Below are positions 42,601 to 49,266 of a stretch of DNA of 64,000 nt, piece by piece (position 1 is the first letter of the stretch; every line of letters starts with the position of its first letter). The position numbers and the translations under genes were made by a program. Source of the DNA: Clostridiales bacterium (GTDB taxonomy: Bacteria; Bacillota; Clostridia; Oscillospirales; Oscillospiraceae); the NCBI GenBank assembly GCA_022779365.1, contig JALFSI010000015.1, positions 13,698 to 77,697 on the forward strand, in the 5' to 3' direction. The notes under the pieces are model-generated. The model worked only from the letters and a program-made list of their open reading frames with translations. It was not told where the DNA came from and did no database searches.

Positions 42601-44263
42601 CGTCCTGATAGCCGAACGCCTTGATGGTATAGCTGTACTGGCTGTCAGACTTCGGCAGGCGGTAGGTGCGCCCGCCGGTGACCTCCGGGGTCTGCCCATC
42701 CACGACCAGCTCCGCGCCCTCGTCCGGGTCGATCTCAAATTTTACGGTGTAGAGCTTGATATTCAGGCTGACGTTGATGGTCTGCCCGCCGTAGGCGACG
42801 GTGAACGTGCCCGCCGCGTCGTCGTGCTCGTCCGCTGTGACCTTGTAGTCATAGTCGCCGTTCGTCAGTTCGTAGGTGTGCACGCTCACCGGGTCGATCG
42901 GCACGCCGTCCTGCGAGACGGTCAGCGCCGCGTCCTCCGGCGAGAGGGTAAACGTGACGGTATATTTCGCCGTCGGGTCTTGCCAGCCGAGGATGGGATA
43001 GCCGCCATTTGCATCCGCCACATAGCTGCCGCCGAGCAGACCGGGCATATCGGGTGCTTTCAGCTCGCTCTCCGTCTTAGCCGTGATCGTACCGCTGCCA
43101 TTCGCCCCGTCGCCAGTCGCCGCAGTGCCAGACAGGTAATAGCAGTTGGTGGCGGTGATGAGACCCGGCGTCACCGCACCGCTGTAACTTTTCCCCGCAC
43201 TACTGCCAACGATACCGCCAACGGTAATGCCAGCGGTCGTGCTGTCATTGTTCGTGATCGTACCGGCGTTGTAGCAGTTCGCAACCGTTGCCGTATTGCT
43301 CGTGCTGGTCGGGTCGCCGACAATACCGCCAACACCCTTGGCATATTTTTCCGAAAATTTCGGACTCGGGGTATTGCACGTCACGCTGCCTAGATTGTAG
43401 CAGCTTTCGATTTTCGTGTTCGCGCCGCTGACGCCACCCACGATGCCGCCGATCTCATACGCGCCCGTGATCGCGCCGCTGTTGACGCACAGCGTAATGC
43501 TGCCGTTGCCTCCATAGTTGCCGGCAATGCCAGCCGTGCGCTTGAGTGCGCTGGTGACTGCACCAAAGTTGGCGCAGCGTTCGATTGTTGTGCCAGTGGC
43601 GGTCGCTACAACGCCGCCGACGTAGTACTCATATACGCCGGACTTACCTTCTGAGGTAATGCTGCCGAAATTCATGCAGCCGGTCAGGCTGCTGCCGGTG
43701 TATGTGTAGGCTACAACACCCGCAACATAGCCCTTTTTAACGCCTGTCACGTTCACCTTATTTGTGCAGTTTTCCATCGTGACCGGCGAGCCATACGCGA
43801 CGATGCCTGCCGCATACGCGGACGAAGTCGCGGAAGTCTTTACGCTGCCATCCACAGTCAGATTCTTGATCGTGCCGTTTTTGACATAGCCAAACAGCCC
43901 TTGATACCCCGTGCTGGCATTGTCGATATGCAGCCCGGAGATCGTGTGCCCCGCGCCGTCAAACGTACCGCCATAGTAGGTATAGTCGCTGTAGCTGTTA
44001 TACTTGCCGATCGGCGTCCAATCCCCGCTCAGGCTGCTCAAGTCGATATTCGCCGTGAGCTTGCCGCAGAGCGTGGATGTGCCTTTCTTGGTCGCATTGA
44101 CCTTGTCGCGGAACGTCACAAGATCGTCCGCCGTGGCGATGAGGTACGGGTCATCCTTCGTACCGCTGCCGCTGAGGTCTGCCGCAAAGGCGACGGTGGG
44201 CAGCAGCCCCACGATCATCACCAGCGCCAGAACCCAAGCCAGAATGCGTTTTTTCATCTGCAT
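36689..44263 (-). CDS. giant (2524 aa) secreted cell-surface protein: four GLUG-repeat beta-helix-like modules, Ig-like/PEGA-like domains, a Listeria-Bacteroides repeat, a DUF4430-like segment and three C-terminal SLH domains
   Basis: Signal peptide MQMKKRILAWVLALVMIVGLLPTVAFA. Recurrent Y(G/K)GTFDG.GHTISGL and GG(I/V/L)(V/A)G repeats. Modules end in GYPIL(G/A/T)W. YRFDGWF repeat. C-terminal FTDVP...SLH repeats. AGGAGG RBS. Confidence 0.88.
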   Translation of the reverse strand: MQMKKRILAWVLALVMIVGLLPTVAFAADLSGSGTKDDPYLIATADDLVTFRDKVNATKKGTSTLCGKLTANIDLSSLSGDWTPIGKYNSYSDYTYYGGTFDGAGHTISGLHIDNASTGYQGLFGYVKNGTIKNLTVDGSVKTSATSSAYAAGIVAYGSPVTMENCTNKVNVTGVKKGYVAGVVAYTYTGSSLTGCMNFGSITSEGKSGVYEYYVGGVVATATGTTIERCANFGAVTSALKRTAGIAGNYGGNGSITLCVNSGAITGAYEIGGIVGGVSGANTKIESCYNLGSVTCNTPSPKFSEKYAKGVGGIVGDPTSTSNTATVANCYNAGTITNNDSTTAGITVGGIVGSSAGKSYSGAVTPGLITATNCYYLSGTAATGDGANGSGTITAKTESELKAPDMPGLLGGSYVADANGGYPILGWQDPTAKYTVTFTLSPEDAALTVSQDGVPIDPVSVHTYELTNGDYDYKVTADEHDDAAGTFTVAYGGQTINVSLNIKLYTVKFEIDPDEGAELVVDGQTPEVTGGRTYRLPKSDSQYSYTIKAFGYQDATGTFTVTGNETADTQSVTLTALDTYPVSVGAITAADGAAIDPTVTVTCPVWQKTLTAEADGSYRLPNGSYHYTISCSGYKSVSGDFTVENGAASIPGAVLEVQTAWDGKTYTEPQKDENGVYQIGSPDELMWFNENGKTSDSVKLTADICINEDVTIEDTSKLHKWTPIGWYKDYNTSDKYKGTFDGDGHTISGLYILAKSTSADKRASYTGLIGYADEGSMICNLTISDSLIENRSTAANRGKSVGAVAGDAYNVENCHVTSSVTVYGISSYVGGVAGYVDGSITRSSSAATVTGEGTRIGGVVGCVQSKSSTAMTECFYTGKVKGASLVGGLVGDLYNGGTITDCYNTGSVTATSPSGAAGGLLGNFRYGTLKNSYSSTVPTAVKAGSILGRLEDPQQRTLEKVYGLSNEAVTETVGNLNGYAIQNGTATLKTEDELKALTSADLSDKFTADSENINRGYPILAWQNSGSGEPVDPDHPAIEPDGWDGKASAAEPKTDGGVYQIASAADLKWFADHAAATPAIRGVLTANIDLNNRDWTPVDGGFTGELDGADFAITNLYCKNERGSAALFAANGGKLKNLNVTGIVVGGDNSAILAASNTGTITSCTTHGTLKGGNCAAGITAVNSGTVETCVNNAAVTGDRYVGGIAASNTKGTITGCANSGIIRAKGMMAAGVAADNDGGTVTSCANNGAIVSTVSTLHGYVGGVVGRNNGTVKGAYNAGNVEALGGAVGGAVGLNLSKVVFENLYNVGDVTGGDYEDDGYPTNNKISSQDELDAMPQALAKAMKLLAEKTAIGGELTLTGKVEVNGKLTANYTGDANGLLYVWYYSYDDNDDAVVAITDAAEYTIPDTLTGRTLRVKALCADASGVLKADASGKVEGLEGVVSIRGAAVVGRTLTASFASSETDQGTLTYTWYRGAKQVDTGEAYTVTADDVGKTLTVKVTSGTKPGVKQATTQEIKTADAAGLWELADCDEPVNVSGVYQITTEKELHWFASEVNGGNGSISAKLLNDIALTTANWYPIGKSGHPFTGTFDGNGKRITGLKVSRAEDEVGFFGLIGKSGLIGKGGLVKDLSVSGTVAATGDVSQTGGIAGAMADAGGGEARNARITDCFFTGSVSGNIQVGGIVGCVGLNNVVERCGNDAAVTGAQQVGGIAGANSYGVVRYSRNKGSVGGTDAKSVGGVIGEVQNYAEVLGCYNTGSVTGKDYLGGVAGNVYVASAPLGCYNVGTVDAAVHCGGAFGSFGGDDYIPIKQGSFYKAPLLAAFQPNGARARTAAEMKAASFVTALNSEAYVTCYERDGVSAQLNDGYPILTWEANGSYLITLDPNGGYCDTADVRTTSTGALGTLPADGYRWNYRFDGWFTAKDGGSAVTADTVFTEATTIYAHWTRTRETTVGRTKTVYFSLSRDGEYLTGNDADQTMLAAVPVKITWFDLADYGLEEFSVKSNGKVVEQPTMLHLLIRMVEQYKLNGGKAANGTDALTVSGTFGSMTLAKFWDVKSNLTYFLNHTYPLMKPGIGATADYMTLENGDFVEVGLYSKQDYWTSSAAGYAYLAKPDGTAVDRLGLTAREAQTLVLHRAGADMRNGTPQDATLKNTKVYVTSDLSEADTDVTRWTELGTTNGSAELAVSFRKPGTYYVAAAGSSVSGPGVCVITVTGDAVSDVEATIDQLPDTGDITTADAAQIEAARAAYDALTDAEQSQVNNLDRLTEAEATLAARRTEELIDAIGDVTKNSGSAISDARRAYEALDDAHKEQVKNRDKLFDAIEAYDTIRSSTGTVAKPSVNDAAKDSAADDNGLPFTDVPAGSWYYGGVEYAYENGLMTGTSRTMFSPSTDTTRGMIVTILARLEGENTSGTPWYAAGQTWAMANGVSDGTGMERSITREQLAAMLHRYAKLCGYDVTAEPASIQTFADYDSVSAYAREAMAWCVESGLIQGSSGRLAPQENASRAQVAAILTRYAQKIAK

Positions 44264-44356
44264 TTCCTCCTGCTTCTTTGGAGCGATGCTCCATTTTTAA
44301 CAAAATCTCATTGTCTTTGGGAGACCCAAAGACACGCAAGGCGCGCGCCTTGCGAC

Positions 44357-44389
44357 AAAAAAATCTGTGCAGCCATACCGCTGCACAGA
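44357..44389 (-). terminator. leader intrinsic terminator (candidate riboswitch expression platform)
   Basis: Minus strand reads tctgtgcagc-ggtatg-gctgcacaga followed by TTTTTTT. It lies about 95 nt upstream of the giant gene ATG. Confidence 0.6.
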
Positions 44390-44433
44390 CTGATCCCGTT
44401 TGGGCGGTCCGCTGCGGATGTGGCGCAGAGACT

Positions 44434-44544
44434 GGCGCGGTCCAACGTATCTGACTTATCCCAAACGGGCTTCACAGTGACCTTCTCGCGGGGCTTTGCA
44501 CCCCATTCCGCCGCCGGTGGCTCCCGCCCCGGCAGGATCGCGCC
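44434..44544 (-). promoter_or_regulatory. candidate cobalamin (B12) riboswitch aptamer
   Basis: The minus-strand RNA has a closing helix GGCGCGAUCC/GGACCGCGCC. Core strings GGAAUGGGGUGCAAAGCCCC, GGUCACUGUGAAG and AUAAGUCAGAUAC resemble the conserved cobalamin core and B12 box. Not verified by a covariance model. Confidence 0.5.
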
Positions 44545-44565
44545 GATATGAAATTTTCCGTGGTT

Positions 44566-44594
44566 ATTCTAGCGCGCGCCGCTGCAAAAAGCAA
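44566..44594 (-). promoter_or_regulatory. putative promoter of the leader/giant gene
   Basis: Minus strand reads TTGCTT - 17 nt - TAGAAT, about 20 nt upstream of the aptamer closing helix. Confidence 0.5.
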
Positions 44595-44622
44595 GCCCTG
44601 CGCCGCCTTTATTTGCAGAAAA

Positions 44623-44648
44623 CCCGCCCCGGACGCTGCCGGGGCGGG
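44623..44648 (-). terminator. intrinsic terminator after the azoreductase-like gene
   Basis: 10-bp GC stem cccgccccgg / ccggggcggg. On the minus strand it is followed by ttttctgc. Confidence 0.6.
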
Positions 44649-44657
44649 GTCAAAGAC

Positions 44658-45242
44658 TTAAAATGTTCTGGCAAGCTCTGCCGCCTTGTCCATCGCGGCT
44701 TTGAGCGACCCTTCGCCGTCAAATCCGGCGACATCCATGCCGTCGGCGGCAACGCAGTCGTAGCGGTCGATGCCGAAAAATTTGCACAGTGCCTGCATAT
44801 AGCGGCTGCCCATTTCCAGCTCGTCACCCGTGTAAAAGCCGCCGCGCGTGGTAAGATAGACCATGCGCTCCGCGCGGCAACGCCCCACAAGCCCCGCCTC
44901 GGTCGAAGCGAAGGTGATGCCGTCGAGCGAGACCTGCTCGATGTAGACCTTCAGGAGCGCCGGGAAGCTCAAGTCCCAGAACGGTGCGGAGACCACGATC
45001 TCGTCCGCCGCTGCGAACTGGTGCGCCAGATCAAAGCGCGGGTGCGACAGGTTGCCCTGTTCGAGCAGCTTCTGCCGCTCCTCCAGATAGTCGCCGAAGA
45101 AATAGCGCGGCTGGAGCTGCATGAGGTCCAGATGCGTCACCGCGCAGTCCTGCGGCAGCGCGTCTAAAAACGCGCGGCTCAGCCGCAGCGTGCGTGATTC
45201 CTCGCCCCGGATGCAGCAATCGACCCACAGAACGTTTTTCAT
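44658..45242 (-). CDS. FMN-dependent NAD(P)H oxidoreductase (azoreductase/quinone reductase, flavodoxin-like fold)
   Basis: 194 aa. Flavodoxin_2-type layout (VLWVDCC, IVVSAPFWDLSFPALLKVYIE). Confidence 0.78.
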   Translation of the reverse strand: MKNVLWVDCCIRGEESRTLRLSRAFLDALPQDCAVTHLDLMQLQPRYFFGDYLEERQKLLEQGNLSHPRFDLAHQFAAADEIVVSAPFWDLSFPALLKVYIEQVSLDGITFASTEAGLVGRCRAERMVYLTTRGGFYTGDELEMGSRYMQALCKFFGIDRYDCVAADGMDVAGFDGEGSLKAAMDKAAELARTF

Positions 45243-45985
45243 TTTGCGCCCTCCATCTTATCAAGGCGATACAGTGCTTCGAGTGCCACGCGAATTTCAT
45301 CGCGCTCACCGCGCGCGCACGCGTCCGCGCCGTCTACATACCCGCCGATGGCGTCCGCCGTGTCCTCGCCCCAGACGACCACGTTATTGAGGATGGACGC
45401 GGTCCTGACGCCGCGCAGACGCCCGATAGTAAACAGCGCCGCCGTTTCCATATCCGCGCCCAGAACGCCCTTGGACGACCAATAGGCGCTCTCCTGCTCG
45501 TTTTCCTCGTGGTAGAAGCTCTCGTGGCTGTGCGCAAGCCCCACATGGCTGCGGCAGCCGAGCGCCTTCGCGCTCTCCATGCAGCAGTTCAGCAGCACCG
45601 CGTCGGCGACCGCCGGATAGCGCACATCCACATACGCCTTGGACGCGCCATCGTCACGCACCGCGCCGCACACCAGAATGAGGTCGCCCAGCGCGATGCC
45701 CTTTTGCAGCGCACCGCACGAGCCGATGCGCACCATCGCCTTCACGCCGATGTTGTGCAGCTCCTCAATTGCGATCCCGGCGGAGCAGCCGCCGATGCCG
45801 GTGGACAGCGCCAGCACGCGCACGCCGCGGTACTCCCCGCACAGGCTGCGAAATTCGCGATTATACGCAAGCTCGCGCACGTTTTCAAGCTGCGCGGCAA
45901 TGCGGTCGAGCCGTGCCGGATCGCCCGGCAGGATGGCATAGTCGATCCCCAGCGTTTCATCCAGGCAGATATGCGGCTGTTTCAT
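45239..45985 (-). CDS. uridine/purine nucleoside phosphorylase (PNP_UDP_1 family)
   Basis: STGIGGCSAGIAIEEL, RIGSCGAL and GADMETAALF motifs. 4-nt overlap with the downstream gene. Confidence 0.86.
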   Translation of the reverse strand: MKQPHICLDETLGIDYAILPGDPARLDRIAAQLENVRELAYNREFRSLCGEYRGVRVLALSTGIGGCSAGIAIEELHNIGVKAMVRIGSCGALQKGIALGDLILVCGAVRDDGASKAYVDVRYPAVADAVLLNCCMESAKALGCRSHVGLAHSHESFYHEENEQESAYWSSKGVLGADMETAALFTIGRLRGVRTASILNNVVVWGEDTADAIGGYVDGADACARGERDEIRVALEALYRLDKMEGAK

Positions 45986-46005
45986 GGTAGTTCCCTCCTG
46001 TAATA

Positions 46006-46437
46006 TTACGGCGCGGGATTTTTCCGCACCTCAATGTGATAGCTCAGCGTGCCGCAGTCGGTATGCTCGATCTCCAGCGCATATTCCAGATCGAGAATGC
46101 CGCCGCGTTCGTTCAGAAGCACCGTGATGTGCCGCGCGCACACGCGCGTGAGCAGCGCGGTAATGCCCGCGTCATACAGGCTGTCATAGGGCTTGCCGAC
46201 CTCAAAGCGCATCTGCGAGCGAAGCCTGCCCGTCCGCGTCAGCGTGACCACGTCGCCATCGACGGTAAAGGTGGTCACCACACCCTGCTGCCCGGTCATC
46301 TCCGTTTCCTCGTAGGAAAACACGATGTGCCCCGGCTCGTAGGTGTAGCAGCCCTGCGTGACCATCTCGATCGTCTCCGGCGCGTCGGGCACGACCTGCT
46401 GCGTGCCGGAGATGGTGATAACGGCGTTCGGCTTCAT
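46006..46437 (-). CDS. DUF1934 (YwiB-like beta-barrel) protein
   Basis: 143 aa, all-beta pattern (G.Y..EPGHIVFSYEE...VTLTRTG...MRFEVG). The ATG lies 1 nt after the ddl stop. The longer track ORF to 46902 is an out-of-frame overlap with ddl. Confidence 0.65.
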   Translation of the reverse strand: MKPNAVITISGTQQVVPDAPETIEMVTQGCYTYEPGHIVFSYEETEMTGQQGVVTTFTVDGDVVTLTRTGRLRSQMRFEVGKPYDSLYDAGITALLTRVCARHITVLLNERGGILDLEYALEIEHTDCGTLSYHIEVRKNPAP

Positions 46438-46438
46438 C

Positions 46439-47500
46439 TCAGCCCTCCAGCGCCAGCGCAATGAGCTGGTCAAGCAGCTCGCTGTACGGGATGCCGCTCG
46501 CCTCAAAGAGCTTGGGATACATGGAGATGGACGTAAAGCCCGGGAGGGTGTTGATCTCGTTAAAGACGACCTCGCCGTCACGCGTGACAAAAAAGTCCAC
46601 GCGCGAAAGCCCGCGGCAGCCCATCGCCTGATAGACGCGGATCGCCTGCTCGCGCACGCGCTCGGCGGCGTCCTCGCTGATGCGGGCGGGGATATAGAGC
46701 TTGGCGCAGTCGAGGATATACTTGGCGTCGTAGTCGTAGAACTCCGCGCCAGAGTCGATCTCGCCGCAGACGGACGCCATGGGCGTATCGTTGCCGAGCA
46801 CGGCGACCTCGACCTCCTGCCCGTCGATAAATTCCTCCACGAGCACCTTGCTGTCATAGCCCAGCGCCGCCTCCAGCGCCGCCAGCAGCGCCGCGCGGTC
46901 ACGCGCCTTGGCGACGCCCACCGACGAGCCTGTGCCCGCGGGCTTTACAAACACGGGATACTCCAGCGCGCGCTCGATCTTCTCCACGACGCGCTCCGCG
47001 CCGCAGCGCATATCCTGCGCCGTCACGAGCTGCCACGCCGCCTGCCGGATGCCGGCGTGCCCGGCGATGAGCTTGGTGATGGTCTTATCCATGCACGCGG
47101 CGGATGCGGCGACACGCGGACCGACATACGGGATGCCCGCGATCTGCAAAAGCCCCTGCATCGAGCCGTCCTCTCCGTTTTCACCGTGCAGCACGGGGAA
47201 CACCACGTCGATGCGCTCGCGCACGACGCAGTCGTTTTCAAAGCTCAGCAGCCCCTGACCGCGCACGGGCGAGATCGCCGCGCGGCGGTTTTCCGGGCAG
47301 TCCTGCCAAGTGCCCGCGGGCAGCATCCCGTAATCGCTGCCGCCGAAGAGCACCCAGTCTCCGTCCTGCGTGATGCCGACGGGGAAGATATTATATTTTT
47401 CGGTGTCCAGATGGCTCAGCACCGACTGCGCCGAGCGCAGTGACACGGCGTGCTCCGGCGATACGCCGCCAAACAGGACGCAAACGCTTAATTTTTTCAT
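46439..47500 (-). CDS. ddl: D-alanine--D-alanine ligase
   Basis: MKKLSVCVLFGGVSPEHAVSLRSA, HGENGEDGSMQGLL, and ATP-grasp C-terminus EINTLPGFTSISMYPKL. Confidence 0.92.
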   Translation of the reverse strand: MKKLSVCVLFGGVSPEHAVSLRSAQSVLSHLDTEKYNIFPVGITQDGDWVLFGGSDYGMLPAGTWQDCPENRRAAISPVRGQGLLSFENDCVVRERIDVVFPVLHGENGEDGSMQGLLQIAGIPYVGPRVAASAACMDKTITKLIAGHAGIRQAAWQLVTAQDMRCGAERVVEKIERALEYPVFVKPAGTGSSVGVAKARDRAALLAALEAALGYDSKVLVEEFIDGQEVEVAVLGNDTPMASVCGEIDSGAEFYDYDAKYILDCAKLYIPARISEDAAERVREQAIRVYQAMGCRGLSRVDFFVTRDGEVVFNEINTLPGFTSISMYPKLFEASGIPYSELLDQLIALALEG

Positions 47501-47656
47501 CGTGAACCAGCCTCTTTTCGCTACACAATACGTTCTTATACTATATGTCAAAACTTCAAAGAACACAAGCACATTTTTCTTGAATACCGTGATTTTAACA
47601 GTGGAAAAATCCTGCCGGGGTGTATATAATGTTGTGTATGAGAGGAGGCTTGCGAG

Positions 47657-48076
47657 ATGCAGATCGACCTGACTAAAAAAGAGTTCCGGCGGCTGCTGGA
47701 TATGGTCTACATCGGCAACTGGATCTTGAACTCCACGCGCGGCGACGACCGCTTTGCCGATTACGATGATGTGGAATCCAAGCTCTTTGCCCTCTGCCGG
47801 GAGGCGGGAATGCCCGCGCTGGTGGAAAAATGGGAGGGCGCGGACGTACCCTCGCGCGCCTTTGCCGACGGCGGCATCCACGAGGCCATCGTGGATTATG
47901 AGGACACCGTATTCTACGAGATCCTTGCCGAGGAGCTGGCGCGGCGCGATATGGACTATCAGCCCGTCTCCAAGGACAATTACGACGAGCTGGTCTCCCG
48001 CATGGACGATTACATTGCGGAATTTGAAGCCCACGGCACGGACAACATTCTCATTTCGACCATGGATGACCCCTGA
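47657..48076 (+). CDS. hypothetical cytoplasmic acidic protein (139 aa)
   Basis: GAGGAGG RBS and good codon bias. No family recognised. Confidence 0.55.
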   Translation: MQIDLTKKEFRRLLDMVYIGNWILNSTRGDDRFADYDDVESKLFALCREAGMPALVEKWEGADVPSRAFADGGIHEAIVDYEDTVFYEILAEELARRDMDYQPVSKDNYDELVSRMDDYIAEFEAHGTDNILISTMDDP

Positions 48077-48095
48077 GCGTTTCTTCGAAACGCTC
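48075..48095 (+). terminator. small hairpin overlapping the stop codon
   Basis: gagcgtttc-ttc-gaaacgctc. No strong U-run. Confidence 0.35.
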
Positions 48096-48096
48096 T

Positions 48097-48136
48097 CAAA
48101 CGAGAACCGCTTCGCTGGGTTCTCGTTTGAACAGGC
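48097..48136. repeat. REP-like palindromic repeat, copy 2 of module A
   Basis: tcaaacgagaaccgcttcgctgggttctcgtttgaacaggc matches 15087-15126. Hairpin aaacgagaacc/ggttctcgttt. Confidence 0.55.
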
Positions 48137-48154
48137 TTGCACTGCGCTGTGCGC

Positions 48155-48188
48155 ATAATTTTTGCGCAGGCGCAAAGCTCTACGAGGT
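48155..48188. repeat. REP-like repeat, copy 2 of module B (inverted)
   Basis: The reverse complement, acctcgtagagctttgcgcctgcgcaaaaattat, matches 30586-30620. Confidence 0.5.
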
Positions 48189-48195
48189 TTTAGCA

Positions 48196-48229
48196 AAAGG
48201 CGGCGCAGGCTTTCGCCTGCGCCGCCTTT
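48196..48229 (-). terminator. intrinsic terminator after the AEC transporter gene
   Basis: 15-bp stem aaaggcggcgcaggc / gcctgcgccgccttt with loop tttc. On the minus strand it is followed by tgctaaaa. Confidence 0.6.
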
Positions 48230-48234
48230 CTATG

Positions 48235-49188
48235 TTATGCAAAAACCGAGAACAGGGTATACATGACCAGCGGGATGGTCGCAACGGACAGCAGCGTCGT
48301 CACGAACACGCCCGCGGAGGCGAGCTTTTCGTCGCCGCCGAACTGGTAGCTCATAATGGTCGCGTTCGTCGCCGACGGCATGGCAAGCATCACGATGAGC
48401 GACGCAAAGAGCCGCCCGTCGCGCATCACGCCGCGCAGCAGCAGCCATGTGAGCACCGGCAGCACGATCATCTTAAAAGCCGCCAGCACATACACACGCC
48501 ACTTGTTAAAGACCTCGCGCAGCGGCATCTCCGCCAGCGACGCGCCGATGATGAGCATGGCGATGGGCGAGGTCAGGTCGCCGATCGAATCGGTAACGCG
48601 GTAGAGAATGCTCATCGCCGCCGGGCACGCCGCCCACAGTGGGCGGATGTCCGCGAAGTAGAGGATAAACGCCAGCAGCGCGGTAATAATAGTCGGGCGG
48701 CGCAGAATGTCGCGCGACAGCTTCATCCTCTGCCCCGAGATGAGCGTCACGCCATACGACCAGCAGATGAGCTGGAACACCATCACAAAAACCGTGGCGT
48801 AAAACACATACGCAGGTCCAAGCAGCGCCTCAATGACGGGGTAGCCCATGAATCCGAGGTTGGAAAACACGAGCAGGTAGCGGTACACGCCCGCGTCCGA
48901 CGCGCTTTGGATGCGCAGCGCACGCGGCACGAGGAACGAGATCAAGATCAGCACCACGAACATCGCCAGCGCCACGCCCGTCATGCCGAGCACCTGCGCA
49001 TTTTCCATCGGGTGCTCGCCGGACAGCGCCGACGCAAGCACCTGCAGGGGGTTCGTGAGCATACACACGAGTGTGGACAGGTGCTTGTTCATGTCCCGCG
49101 TCAGCACACCGCGCTTCGCCGTGTAATAGCCGATCAGCAGAATGCCGAACAGCACGAGCATCTGGGTAAATAATGCGGAAAAATTCAT
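48235..49188 (-). CDS. AEC (auxin efflux carrier) family transporter
   Basis: 317 aa, 10 predicted TM segments in a 5+5 arrangement typical of the Mem_trans family. Confidence 0.84.
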   Translation of the reverse strand: MNFSALFTQMLVLFGILLIGYYTAKRGVLTRDMNKHLSTLVCMLTNPLQVLASALSGEHPMENAQVLGMTGVALAMFVVLILISFLVPRALRIQSASDAGVYRYLLVFSNLGFMGYPVIEALLGPAYVFYATVFVMVFQLICWSYGVTLISGQRMKLSRDILRRPTIITALLAFILYFADIRPLWAACPAAMSILYRVTDSIGDLTSPIAMLIIGASLAEMPLREVFNKWRVYVLAAFKMIVLPVLTWLLLRGVMRDGRLFASLIVMLAMPSATNATIMSYQFGGDEKLASAGVFVTTLLSVATIPLVMYTLFSVFA

Positions 49189-49225
49189 GGTGGTTCTCTT
49201 TTCTCTCTATAAAGTCCCGAAAATA

Positions 49226-49249
49226 CCCGGCGCTGCGTGCAGCGCCGGG
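49226..49249 (-). terminator. terminator hairpin after rbsK
   Basis: 10-bp stem cccggcgctg / cagcgccggg. On the minus strand it is followed by tattttcggg. Confidence 0.5.
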
Positions 49250-49266
49250 CGGTTTTGCTGCAAAGC

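Noticed and set aside
44396-44546. Alternative reading of the giant-gene leader as a c-di-GMP (GEMM) riboswitch because of the GCAAAGCC string
   Set aside because: The other remembered GEMM hallmarks are absent: the GGCAAA tetraloop-receptor pairing and the ACGCAAAGCC-CCGG context. The ACUGUGAAG ... AAGUCAGAUAC arrangement fits the cobalamin class better. A covariance-model search is still needed.
46438-46902. N-terminal 155 residues of the 298-aa track ORF 46006-46902 (Arg/Trp/Ser-rich)
   Set aside because: This part is an out-of-frame overlap with the 3' half of ddl. The real gene starts at ATG 46437, immediately after the ddl stop, and encodes a DUF1934-like beta protein.
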